From Trichosphaerium sp. ATCC 40318 (taxonomy: Eukaryota > Protista > Tubulinea): a stretch of 64,000 bases of DNA. Of the stretch, positions 39,666 to 52,591 are shown one piece after another (within the stretch, counting starts at the first letter, position 1; each line of letters begins with the position of its first letter). Under the pieces are notes generated by a model. That model was not told the origin of the DNA. It made no database searches and saw nothing but the letters and a program-made list of their open reading frames with translations. The stretch lies in contig JALMLS010000486.1 of NCBI GenBank assembly GCA_038496445.1, positions 50,271 to 114,270 of the forward strand, given 5' to 3'. A program made the position numbers and the translations under genes.

Positions 39666-42396
39666 TCAGTCCCTTATTTTGTGCTTTTGTTCTCGTTGAA
39701 TCTCCTCATCGATCAGTCTTCTGTTTTTCTTCTTTTTTTTTGTCTCTTTTTTTTTTTGTACATCACTTGGAATCACCTGTCTCCAATACCAAGCATTTCT
39801 ACGAGATCACCAGTTTTTTCCCTCACAACGAAATTAGAGTCGTCTACCATGAGGTTTTGAGCTTCAGGCACAAGATTTACCGTCTGCCATTCTCCTTGTT
39901 TAGCTTCTTTGTCTTTTTTCTTCAGTTCATCCATTAGGTCTCTAACCAAATTCTTCGCATCTTCAATGTTTGTGTTGTATAATCCAGATACACCCATTAC
40001 AGGTATATGCTTCAAGTTAAGGTCTTCATTGAGCTTATCCTTAAAAATCTTCAGCTCATCAAAAGACGATGCTTTGTCCATTTTATTCGCTTAAGAAAAA
40101 AATGAGAATGACAAGCATCGAAAGAGTTTCTTTTACCAATGATAAGGCTTGCTCTCATGGCTAATCCTTTCTTATAGTACTCTAATTCTTTCTTGAGAAT
40201 ATCGAAATCTTCCCAAGGATCACTGTATTCTCCTGATATGTCCAAAACAAACGCAATCATGTCGCACCGTTCAATATGTCTACAATGTTATTATTTCTAA
40301 ACAAGGCTGATAAAAACGAAAAGCTACCTTAGAAACTGTAAACCAAGGCCACGACCCTTATGTGCGTCATGTATGATACCAGGTAGATCAGCCATTGTAA
40401 TCCTAGAGTAATCTGAATACTGAAGGACACCCATCTGAGGATGAAGTGTTGTGAAAGGGTAGTTTGCAATCTAACAACAAAAGTTAAAGAGATAAACAAA
40501 AAAACCTACAATTACAATCATGTGATAATTGTTCGAATGCTGTAGCATTCTTGGTTTATAAGAAAGTGTTAGCGTGCCTTTGGGCCTGCTTTAGAGAATC
40601 TAGAAAGAAGAGTAGACTTTCCAGCATTAGGGAAACCAACAAGACCGATGTCAGCGATACTCTTTAGTTCTAAAGTGAACCATTTTTCTTCACCAGTTGT
40701 TCCTTCAGTCATATCAGTCTCCTTTGGAGACCTATTCTTTCCAGAAGCGAATTTTGAGTTACCTCTACCACCATTACCTATGTGGATCACTCATTTAGAT
40801 CAAAGACGTCAAAAAGAGGATGAATAAGCGTACCGCCTGAGCATAAAGTAAATGTTTGACCATCTTTGTCCAAATCAACTTGAAAGACTCCAGGAGTCTC
40901 AAAAGAAACCTCAGGCTCTTCCTTTTTATTACGTGCTTTTTTAGCTTGCTTCTTCTTTTTACGCTCCTTTATATCAGTAGCTAAAGCTTCTATGACTTCT
41001 TCTTTTGTATCTTTTCCTTGTTGAAGTTTTAACCATTTTTCGTCCTCATCCTCATGCTCGTTCCTTTGTATTATCTTCTTTTTCTTTGGTGTATTTTTTT
41101 CTACTACTAGATCGTTTACTGGTTTATTATGAGCACCATATTTTCTTCTTTCAGATAACAAAGCTTTGAATGACTTTTCGTCCTCCAATGAATTTACAAC
41201 TAAGAAAAAAAAAAGTTAGTAAGATTAACGGTCACATGTACATCACGTGTACGAAAAATTATTGTGTGCGTACTGTCAATTTGATCATCGTTATTTGTGT
41301 CAAGCATAGGCATGTCAAAATTACCCTGTTTCTCACGCATAGCACGTTGTTTCTTACGTACACCTTTTTCATTTTCTGGTGATAATTTTACAATTGTCCC
41401 ACAAGGTACTTCAACAACAACATCTTTTGCGTTCTTAAACACGAATAGAGTCAATAAAGTATAATTGCAAATAAGCAACCAATATTACCTTACCAGCACG
41501 ACCACCTTTGGCGCCATCTTCTCCATTTTTAGCCTAAAATCAAACAAGTTACAACTTTTTTTTCTTGAAGCAAAAAAAAATCAAATTACACTCGTCCGTA
41601 ATCCATTATTAACTCGTATTAGATGGTGCCATTGGTCTTATACGGAGTATAGAATAGTTACAGGACAATTAGACATTAAGATAATGCACATACGGTTCAG
41701 ACAATCCGGAATAAAAAAAAAAAGAAAAAACAAGCAAGATCTTTGCTGGTGTACCTTGTAGATGCGAACTAAATGTCCTAATCCCCTACATCCCTCAGCG
41801 GCTTTCAAAATGACAGATCCACCTGTCAAAATCAGAACGTTGGACTGAAATCATTGTAAAACAAGGCTACCTCTTCCGCCATCACCACCATCTGGTTTTC
41901 CAACGCGTTTATGTTTTGCTCTTCCAAATGAAACGCCACCTTTACCTCCAGCACCTCCTTGGACGCGTATTTTCATGAGGTCGCGAAATGGGCGCTCCTA
42001 GGCTGTTTTGAGACGTTTTCAATTGGATGGCATTATTAATGAGCTTCATTGTAATTTTAATTACGTACGGTCGTATGGAAGTAACGAGCGCGTTTTTCGA
42101 TGAGTTTATCACTTGATTCTTCTCCAACCTCTCTAGATTCTAAAAACTTCTCCTGCACCAACCAATTAATGTATTTTCAAGCGTAATAGCAGTACCCATT
42201 CAGGTGTTTTCATTTTATCGAATTTACTGCGCTTTTGATCGTTAAAGAACTCTTCTACATTCACCTCTGGTTGTGGAATATCATCCATGGTACTGTAGAG
42301 TCGTACAGATGATATATGCGTTATTCTCTTCATAGCAACTCTTCGTTGCTTAATACGCGTAGAAGCGCACCGAACAGGTGCGCAAATGCACCTCAT
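39666..42396 (-). CDS. Mitochondrial Obg-family GTPase (MTG2/GTPBP5- or GTPBP10-like)
   Basis: Arg-rich presequence. [66 protein letters not shown]. Confidence 0.9.
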
Positions 42397-43842
42397 TGAT
42401 GCAAATGTGTTGTGACTGTAAAAAATGACAGGAAACTCGCACAATATTCTTATTGGCTTTTTTGCCTCAAAGCGAAAACGTTTAAGTGGAAGTCGATATT
42501 AGAGTGCTTGAGTAGGATGTTGAAGTACCAAGCTATTGTATCAAAGGAAAGAAAAGTGCTGACAGGATAGGACTTACTCTGATTTTCATAAATCAAGTCG
42601 TGCCGACATAGAGGAAGAAACAAGGTTTTAAACTATGTACTCAGAAATCCCATGTTTTGTATTTGGTCGTTGAGAGATATAACAGTAATGATAGTTCGCT
42701 ATTCACCTTAGTTACACTTCAGCTACAGAGCTACAACAGGCGGTCAAGACCACTTCCTAACATTTCTGGCACGAGAATAGTTCACTAAAGTTCTTCAAAG
42801 TGCAACCAAATGTTTAGTAGAAGTTACTTTGTAAGTACAAGTGCGAGTTCTTATGTAGCAGTGGTAATAACCAATACGAGAATTATTAGCATCAATAAAT
42901 GAGATTTCGTTGTAATATGTTTATTGTTTGTCTACTGAATCAGTAATGCTTGCTTGTTCTTCTTTTTCATCTTTTTTTACAGTTTTTTTCTTTTTTCCTT
43001 TAGGATCACGCCTTAGTCCATGTTCCTTTAACGCTTGCAAGTAATCCTTACTTAGCGAATATTTATTAACACCAAGATGGTACAGATAAGCCCAGGAGTA
43101 AATACCAGTCTAATAAAACAAAAAAATAAGTAAAAAACAGGAAACAAACAACTATCGCAAGAGACGACTCATAACGTGAATGGTGGACCACTATGCTATA
43201 GAACGTATATATATACACTATTTTACAGGTATTGGAACCTTACAAGACACGAAAGAGAAAAGAAATCAAAGAAAAGGTACGAACATTATGCATGTCATCA
43301 AATGTGATACTGATCGCATAGTTTCCGTTTTGCTTGATATCCATTAACCCAACGTACTTCTTACTATGCGGAGGCTTTGATTGAGATAGGTTATCAGCGC
43401 CGCTACTATTGTTTGGACGTTTAGTTTTAGTTTGACGGTTTTTTTGCTTTTCAAAGCCGTTTTAGCGTTTGGTAGTACCTGTAGACGCGTAGGAACTCTG
43501 CTGGGAAAGAGTGAACGGTGTCATCTTTCCAACAAATTATTAACCGCTTAAATGGCATTAAAAACGCATTAATATACTTCCAAGATGTACCTTATCATGT
43601 TTTTTAAGTGTTAGCTTCTTTGGCACTTTATTATCGTATTTAGGGTCTACATGTATTTGTTTGAACCCGCGTGTACTATTTACATGTAACTTGCGATATA
43701 TTTTCTTGTTTAGACGTGCTGTAGCCAAAATCATAAAAAGCGCCGTTAAAAACGGTCAATTCTAGTTTACAAGCGTCAATTTCATCACAGATACATTGTA
43801 AAACTACTCTAATAACAACTGCGGTGCCGTAAGATACACTTT

Positions 43843-45315
43843 ATGGGTTCTCAAGAAAGTAAGCAAGAAGCCAACTCAGGAGGCGCTCAGGTACAACTCT
43901 CCGCTACTCAACGTGTAAAACAATCGTTTTTAGGTGTATTTAAACGTTTATACGTTTAAAGAAGAGAATATTCTTTACAAGATACCTGGGTTTGGTATAT
44001 ACCATACTGGCGTTGAAGTATTCGATTGTGGCAAGTGTTAAAACGATCTTGTTGTTTCAAAAATTACAAAACAAAAAAAGTTAACGGTCTTCCAGAGTAC
44101 GCTTTTGATGGCAGTTATGGAGGTACTCACAGCGGTGTGTTTACTCAAAAACCAAAGGCCTGTCCTAATTCAGCACCGTGGACTTTTAAGGTATCTATTA
44201 CAAGGTGATAGCATAGAGTTAAAGGCTTTTTTGTAGGAGTCAGTTTCAATGGGTATAACAACACTCACCGAAGCTGAAGTGAAGCTTGTTGTAAAAGAGA
44301 TTGGACATGAGTTCCCTAGATCATCTTACAATCCTGTAACAAAGTACTTTGTTTTTAGTAACGTTTTATCTGACAGTTTTCACTGTCACGTGATAACAAA
44401 GTCTAACGACAAAGGATGTGTATTTTTATTTTTTTCAAATTTAGAAACTGCAATCATTTTTCTTCAGCGCTTTGCAAGCGGCTGGTGGATAAGGATGTAC
44501 CTGGATGGGTGAACAGAGCTGCACGTGTAGGTGGTGGTATTGGTATGACGCTTGTGCTTTTCTTCAAGTTACTTTTGCGTAACGAGTTATTTTGGTAGGG
44601 TTGGGTGAAGTAGTGCCATCAGATAAAGAAGTTGAGGAACGCAAAACGTCAAAGTTTTTAGCCGACAGCAAAGCTAATGAAAAGAATCTTGGTAAAAAAG
44701 CTGCACATGTATGTAACTGTAATAAGGTTACAATATTCTCATGTAGTTGATAATAGGTGTCTTTGATACAAAAGATAAAAATGGATGAGAGTGAATGCTT
44801 AAATGAAGATTCTGATGAAACTTTTAAGAAAATGATCGAGAAACGGAAATGTCTTCTTAAGAGTGATTGTGATGAGCAACTTTTAATTAAATTACCTTTT
44901 AGTGTGCCTGTAAATATATCAAAGATATCAGCAATAGGACCTGAAGGTACCCACTTGAGAGACAGGCAACACAGCAAAACAATTTCTTCGAAGAACATCA
45001 GTTTTTTTAATTTTTTCTTCAATTAATGTTGTCTTACTATGCTCAGATTCGAGGCCACTTAACGTACAATTATTTGTCAATAAACCCAACTTGACGTTTG
45101 ATGATGTTGAAAACTGTAAACCTTCTCAGAGTCTGGTGTTGGGAGAAGAGAAAGAACATAATCTAAATGTTGCCAAATTTAAGAATGTCCAACAAATTAC
45201 AATATTCGTGGTTGATAATAATGGTGGATCTGATCAAACTATTATTGAATCATTTGATTTAATTGGTACATATGGGAAAGGCATGAATCTTTCAGATTTA
45301 CAAGCCAAAACTTGA
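43843..45315 (+). CDS. PPPDE/DeSI peptidase fused to a PITH domain
   Basis: VYLNVY, GIYHTGVEVF, NCNHFS catalytic motifs. PITH LKSDCDEQLLIKLPF, KFKNVQQITIFV. MGSQES N-terminus. Confidence 0.85.
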
Positions 45316-45903
45316 AAAAGAGAAAAAAATAAACAACAAGATAAAAAAAAAGTTGGTATTTACATTTCTAGAGGTCTCGCTCTCAAGCTGTACAGAAAAC
45401 ACTTTTAATAAAAACTGAGGTTGTATTTTATTGCTTGTATAAAAGCGATCCTATAATTCTGCTCGGGGAGTAAGATTTTAGTATCTAAAAGACGGACGGT
45501 AATTACAACCACGCCGCACGTTTTCTTTTCTAAGTACTTTTTCAAAGTTAGTAATTGGTGATGTTAGGAGGCGTAAAGGTGGTGTACAATCACGGCTTGC
45601 TTTATTATAGTTAGGTACTGAACTGTGCAACCTCAATAATTAAACACATCCACATACCCTTCAAATAAACATGCGTTCATTTATCGAGTTTTCACGTGAA
45701 TATTAAGTTATGATAAATAGCGTCCCAGGCCATTGACAACATGTTTTTAAGCTGTCTAGTTGGTCCAACATATGTTTGAAAGACGAGATTAACTGAAAGC
45801 GGGTATTTAGTGAACAAGTGTCAACAAGAACTTCCAATTGCTTTTTCGGGTTTAAAACCCGTTTAAAACAAAAAGTACAATACATACAGGTTGTATAACG
45901 CGT

Positions 45904-47980
45904 ATGGCTGAGTCTTACAGGCAAATAAACAAAAGAAGATGCCAGAAACTGTGTAGAATGCTCACTCAAGGCGAAATCACCTCGTTTGATACACGTAAAC
46001 CTAAGCCAGCGGAAATTGATTGCTTTAGCAGATCGGGCAGCTCAAAACTGCGCGAACAGTTTATCAAAGCTCTGGTAAGTTGTATTTATTGATATACAGA
46101 CGTTTTTAAAGCGCGTTAAAACAGTTTGCTTGATTTCCAGTTTTTGACAAGCTGTAACAGCTTTCTTACGCGATAACATGCGCTATCACGACCACTAGTA
46201 GTGGTTCTACACATTACAACAGAAAATTAAACCAAAACTAGGGTGAAAGCAGAGTAGACAAAGTGACAATACACGCAGCAGGATTGGGTACATACGTTGG
46301 ATGGAGTGTCAACACCATGGTATATTTTCTTGTTTTTTTTTTGATTTCCACAAATTTATTTGCGATATTGTTTTCTTCTTTGTTTCTTACTTCTGCTAGC
46401 CTTCTTTGGACCTTGTGGTTAATGCTCTACATAGCACACTCAAATCTCTATCGCTGTTTGATTTGGACAAACATTGTAATCTCAGCAAACTATTTGAAGG
46501 CACGTGCCAACTACGTTTTAGTTACTGTTTTTTTGTTCATAGCTTGTTGATGTTTTGATTCTACCCTTACAATTTATTTTCTTGCTTGCCCTTACAATCT
46601 ATTCTTAGTACTTGGAAATAGCTGCCCTCCAAATCTAAAAGATCTGCACTTCGTGGCCAAAGCACGTGATAAACCAATCATCACCAAAAACCATTTGAAA
46701 ATGTTTGCTACAGCAAAGTGTCCCAAACTCAAGCGGTTGACACTTGAAGGTGTTGAAGGAGACGGTTTCTTTCATATTGCAGAGCTTCTTGCATCTCCTG
46801 GATTCTCGAAACTTGAGACTTTATCTATTTCTCACACTGGAAGGACGTACCCTGGTGAAGTGTTTTACATTTATGACAAACCTGTCAAATCAATCATTGA
46901 GTTTGCTTCAAGTGCCTCAAATCATCCATCACTGACAAGTCTTTACCTTGAGTTCAGATTTGGAGTGGTTCTAAAGAATGAAAAAGGTAAAAATACTTTA
47001 CTTTTTGTATCCACGTGCAAAACACGTGCCATTTGGTTTTTTATCAAAACTTACTAACCGCGTTGTTTTACACAGTGATGAAAGCTTTGTCACATATTGT
47101 CCAGAATGCAGGACTCTCATTGTTTTCTCTTGAAGTCAAGACTACTCCAGTGTTATCTCAATACGCACATTTGCTTGGAAAAGGATTAGGAGAAAACACA
47201 ACAATACAGAATTACGAGGTTCTCAATGTTGCTTCAGAGTCCCTGGCCCTTGTTATAGCAAAAGCATTAAAGACGAATAATACCCTAAAGTATTTGAAAC
47301 TAAGTCACCTCATAGACGATGAAGGCACGCAAATCTTTGCATTGTTTAAAATTTCGTTTTCTTTAGATAGATTTTTTACCCTTCTCAGTGTTAATTTATT
47401 AGGATCTTATGCGCTAGCACAAGCGTTTGAAGAATCCGATACCCTCAAGAATCTAGACATTAGTAGGAACCAGTTGGCAAACAATAAAGCCTTGAAGCAA
47501 ATAAAGGATACAAATAACAGTAGAACGAAAAAAAAAACAAGATGGGGTAAAATGAAGGGCTCTCACTTGAGAAGTGCTAAAGCGAAAAAAGAGCCAGTAA
47601 GCAGTTTGTCCTTTAGCGAGTCAGCTTCTGTAGAACAAGAAGATCATGTTACCAACATTATAAAGGCTGAATGTAAAGGAACAAAAAAGGATACTGCTGA
47701 GAGCAAGAAGGTAAAAGATGAAAGCTTGAGTGCTAGTACAGTATCAAAGAAAGAAGAGAGTTATTCATCACACAACAATAGAACTAATTCAGTTGCAGAC
47801 TACGAAACTGTTTCACCTTACCTTGAAGCTAATGAACAAAGTGTGATTAGTAAGATGCAGGATAGGATAAATAACTTGGAATCACAAGTTCAATCATTGG
47901 CCAAACTAAGTATGAACCTTCAAGAACAATGCACAGAATTAAATGAGAAACTTAAAAGTTTGATGGCCGAAAGGGATTAA
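45904..47980 (+). CDS. RNI-like LRR protein with C-terminal coiled coil (copy A)
   Basis: CPKLKRLTLEG, ALKTNNTLKYLKL, DTLKNLDISRNQL. Coiled coil MQDRINNLESQVQSL. Confidence 0.75.
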
Positions 47981-48185
47981 TAAATATTAATTTAATTTTA
48001 ATATTTGCACGTGTGCTACGCTGTGTGATTTGTACAAAAATTGTTTCGTTCTCACTCGACCTGTCCTCAGTACTTTCAAGACGGTACTGGCTACTATAAC
48101 AGTCCCTGTTACGTTATCTGACATAAAAGCGCTATCAGAATCTGTAGTAGTACCTGTACAAAAACTGACTTGCAACGACCTTTGA

Positions 48186-49282
<1,097 letters not shown>

Positions 49283-49678
49283 TTTTATTTGAAAATAAAC
49301 AAAATAATTAATAAAAAAAATGTCATACAAGTATACTCCTCTGTCTTGTTGTGACTTTCTACTCCAACCATCACGCGAAATAATCAATAAAAATACATCT
49401 ACAGGCCAGCTTGGGTACTCTACTAGAGCTACCTATCCTCACAAAGCATCTCAAAACCTGCTTTTGGGCTAGGAACTACAACTTTGTTTCAAGTCAAACC
49501 TAGAACTTGACGCCTAGGTTTTCGAATAATCTTAAACTCAATGCTTGTATTCTGGTCGGTATTGACATGCAACAGAACAAATGGGAACTACAGCTAACTT
49601 TTATTATCTAACATTTTATGCCGCACTTTTATAAGGTGAGCGGTCTTTGCCAATTAGAAAAAAACCTGTTAAGAATTC

Positions 49679-51776
49679 TTATTGATCCCTTTCCGCCATT
49701 AACAACTCTACTTTTTCTTGAAGGTTCATACTTAGTTTGGCTAATGATTGAACTTGTGATTCCAAGTTATTTATCCTATCCTGCATCTTACTAATCACGC
49801 TTTGTTCATTAGCTTCAAGGTAAGGTGAAGCAGCTTCGTAGTCTGCAACTGAATTAGTTCTATTGTTGTGTGATGAATAACTCTCTTCTTTCTTTGATAA
49901 TGGACTAGCACTCAAGCTTTCATCTGATAATGGACTAGCACTCAAGCTTTCATCTTTTGCCCTCTTGCTCTCAGCAGCTTCCTTTTTGAGTGCTTCACGA
50001 AATTCTTTGGCCTTTTTTAAGGCATCAAGTTCATCCCTTCTAATTCTAGCCGCTTGTTCTTCATCCACAGATTCACTTGACGAGGTTGCGGACATGCGAA
50101 ATTTTTTTTTCGACTTTACATCACTTTTAAATTTAGGTCTAGTTTTCTTGCCCTTTAGAGCCCACGTAGTTTTTTTCTCTCGGTTATTATTTGTCACCCT
50201 GATTCGATCCAAGGCTTTATTGTTTGCCAGTTCATTCTGTGTAATATCTACATTCTTGAGGGTCTCGGATTCCTCAAATACTTTCGCTAGTGCAAAAGAA
50301 CCTAATGTTAAAAACAATAAGTCAACGTCTAACAATTTTAAACAAAGCAGAGATTTGCGTGCCTTCATCGTCTATGAGACGATTTAGTTTCAGATACCTT
50401 AGGGTATTATTCGTCTTTAATGCTTTTGCTATAACCAGAGCCAAATACTCTGAAGCAACATTGAGAACTTCGAAATTCTGTATTGTTGTGTTTTCTGCTA
50501 GAGCTTGTCCAAGCAAGTGTATATGTCGACATAATATTGGATTCATCTTGACTTCAAGAGAAAACAATGATAGCCCTGCATTCTGGACAATATGTGATAA
50601 AGCTTTCATCACTGTAAAACAACACGGTTAGCAAGTTTTGATAAAAACCCAAATGACACGTGTTTTTGCACGTGGATACAAAAAGTAAAGTATTTTTACC
50701 TTTTTCATTCTTTAGAACCACTCCAAATCTGAACTCAAGGTAAAGACTTGTCAGTGATGGATGATTTGAGGCACTTGAAGCAAACTCAATGATTGATTTG
50801 ACAGGTTTGTCATAAATGTAAAACACTTCACCAGGGTATGTCCTTCCAGTGTGAGAAATAGATAAAGTCTCAAGTTTCGAGAATCCAGGAGATGCAAGAA
50901 GCTCTGCAATATGAAAGAAACCGTCTCCTTCAACACCCTCAAGTGTCAACCGCTTGAGTTTGGGACACTTTGCTGTAGCAAACATTTTCAAATGGTTTTT
51001 GGTGATGATTGGTTTATCACGTGCTTTGGCCAAGAAGTGCAGATCTTTTAGCTTTGGAGGGAAGTTATTTCCAAGTACTAAGAATAGATTGTAAGAGTAA
51101 GCAAGTAAAATAAGCTCTGAATATTCAAAACAAAAAACAAAAACTCTTTCGAAAAAGAAACTATAACGTGCTCTAGTTAGTTGTCACGTGCCTTCAAATA
51201 GTTTGTTGAGATTACAATGTTTGTCCAATTCAATGAGTGATAGAGATTTGAGTCTGCTGTGTAGATTATTGACTAAGAGGTCCAAACAAGGCTAACAGAA
51301 GTAAGAAACAAAGAAGAAAACTCTTTTAAAACGAATTAAGAGAAAGCACAAAAACAATACCATATACGTGACATTCCATCCATACGATCGTCCTAAGCCT
51401 GATGGGTGTATTACTACATCGTCTACTCTACTTTCACCCTAGTTTTGGTTTAATTTTCTGTTGTAATGTGTAGAACCACTACTGGCGGTCGTGATAGCGC
51501 ATGTTATCGCGTAAGAAAGCTGTTACAGCTTGTCAAAAACTGGAAATCAAGCAAACTGTTTTAACGCGCTTTAAAAACGCCTGTATATCAATAAATACAA
51601 CTTACCAGAGCTTTGATAAACTGTTCGCGCTGTTTTGAGGTGCTCGTTCCAACAAAGCAACGAATTTCCTGTGGTACACCTCTCTTTGTGTTAATCGACG
51701 TGATTTCGCCTTGAGTGAGCATTCGACACAGTTTCTGGCATCTTCTTTTGTTTACTTGCTTGTATGACTCAGCCAT
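49679..51776 (-). CDS. RNI-like LRR protein with C-terminal coiled coil (copy B, inverted paralog of 45904-47980)
   Basis: Same exon structure. The central exon translation (MAKARDKP...NEKG) is identical to copy A. Confidence 0.75.
49895..49954. repeat. 30-bp perfect tandem duplication (DESLSASPLS x2) in copy B only
   Basis: TGATAATGGACTAGCACTCAAGCTTTCATC occurs twice in tandem. Confidence 0.95.
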
Positions 51777-52591
51777 TCACGTTATACAGCCTGTGGTATT
51801 GTGCTTTTTGTTTTAAACGGGTTTTAAACCCGAAAAAGCAATTGGAAGTTCTTGTTGACACTTGTTCACTAAATACCCGCTTTCAGTTAATCTCGCTTTC
51901 TCATTTTTAGCCAAGGCGGTTTGCAAACGACGTGGACCAAGTAGTAATTACGCACGTGTTGTCAAACGACTGGGCAGTATTAATACAACACGTGAATAAA
52001 CTCGCTGTTTTTTTTTGGAGAATAATTATTTTACGTGGAGGCTTGCTGTTCCTCAGTCTACTCAACTTATTACGTTAGGTTAAGTGTCACAAGGAAATCT
52101 TAATATAACAATCAAAGATGGTGTTAGCTGTGGACAATAGCGTTGAAATATTTTACAAAAACTATTGCTGAGTACAGTGTAAAACAACATTGACCCAATT
52201 TCGAAAGTATAAGAAAACGTTACAAACCAAATATCCACCAGTTTCCCGTGTACATGGTCAGCGATTTCAAGCTGAACTTTAGATGTTGGTGATTTGTTTC
52301 AAAGTGACTGACTAGTATCATTAAAAAGCATATTTTTGAACAAACCAAATTATCCTCGATATCCATTTCGTCATCACTCATAGCCCTAAACCATTTCCAT
52401 ACCTCGTGTAGCTGGCTATTCTCCTTTGGCTATCTAATTCTCTGACGCATGTTTTTTAGTTATTAAAGGAGTGCATCTTCTAGTTCAACTTTGAAAAGGT
52501 CGACGGCCGTTTAAAGTCAGTGAAAAACGGTGACTTATAAAATAAATTTCCGTAAAATAATACGATAGCTTTATTCATTGCTTTGCAACTA

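Noticed and set aside
42500-43800. Exon-like fragments in a long intergenic region
   Set aside because: Stops in all frames; no consistent gene model. Possibly a relic, but unsupported.
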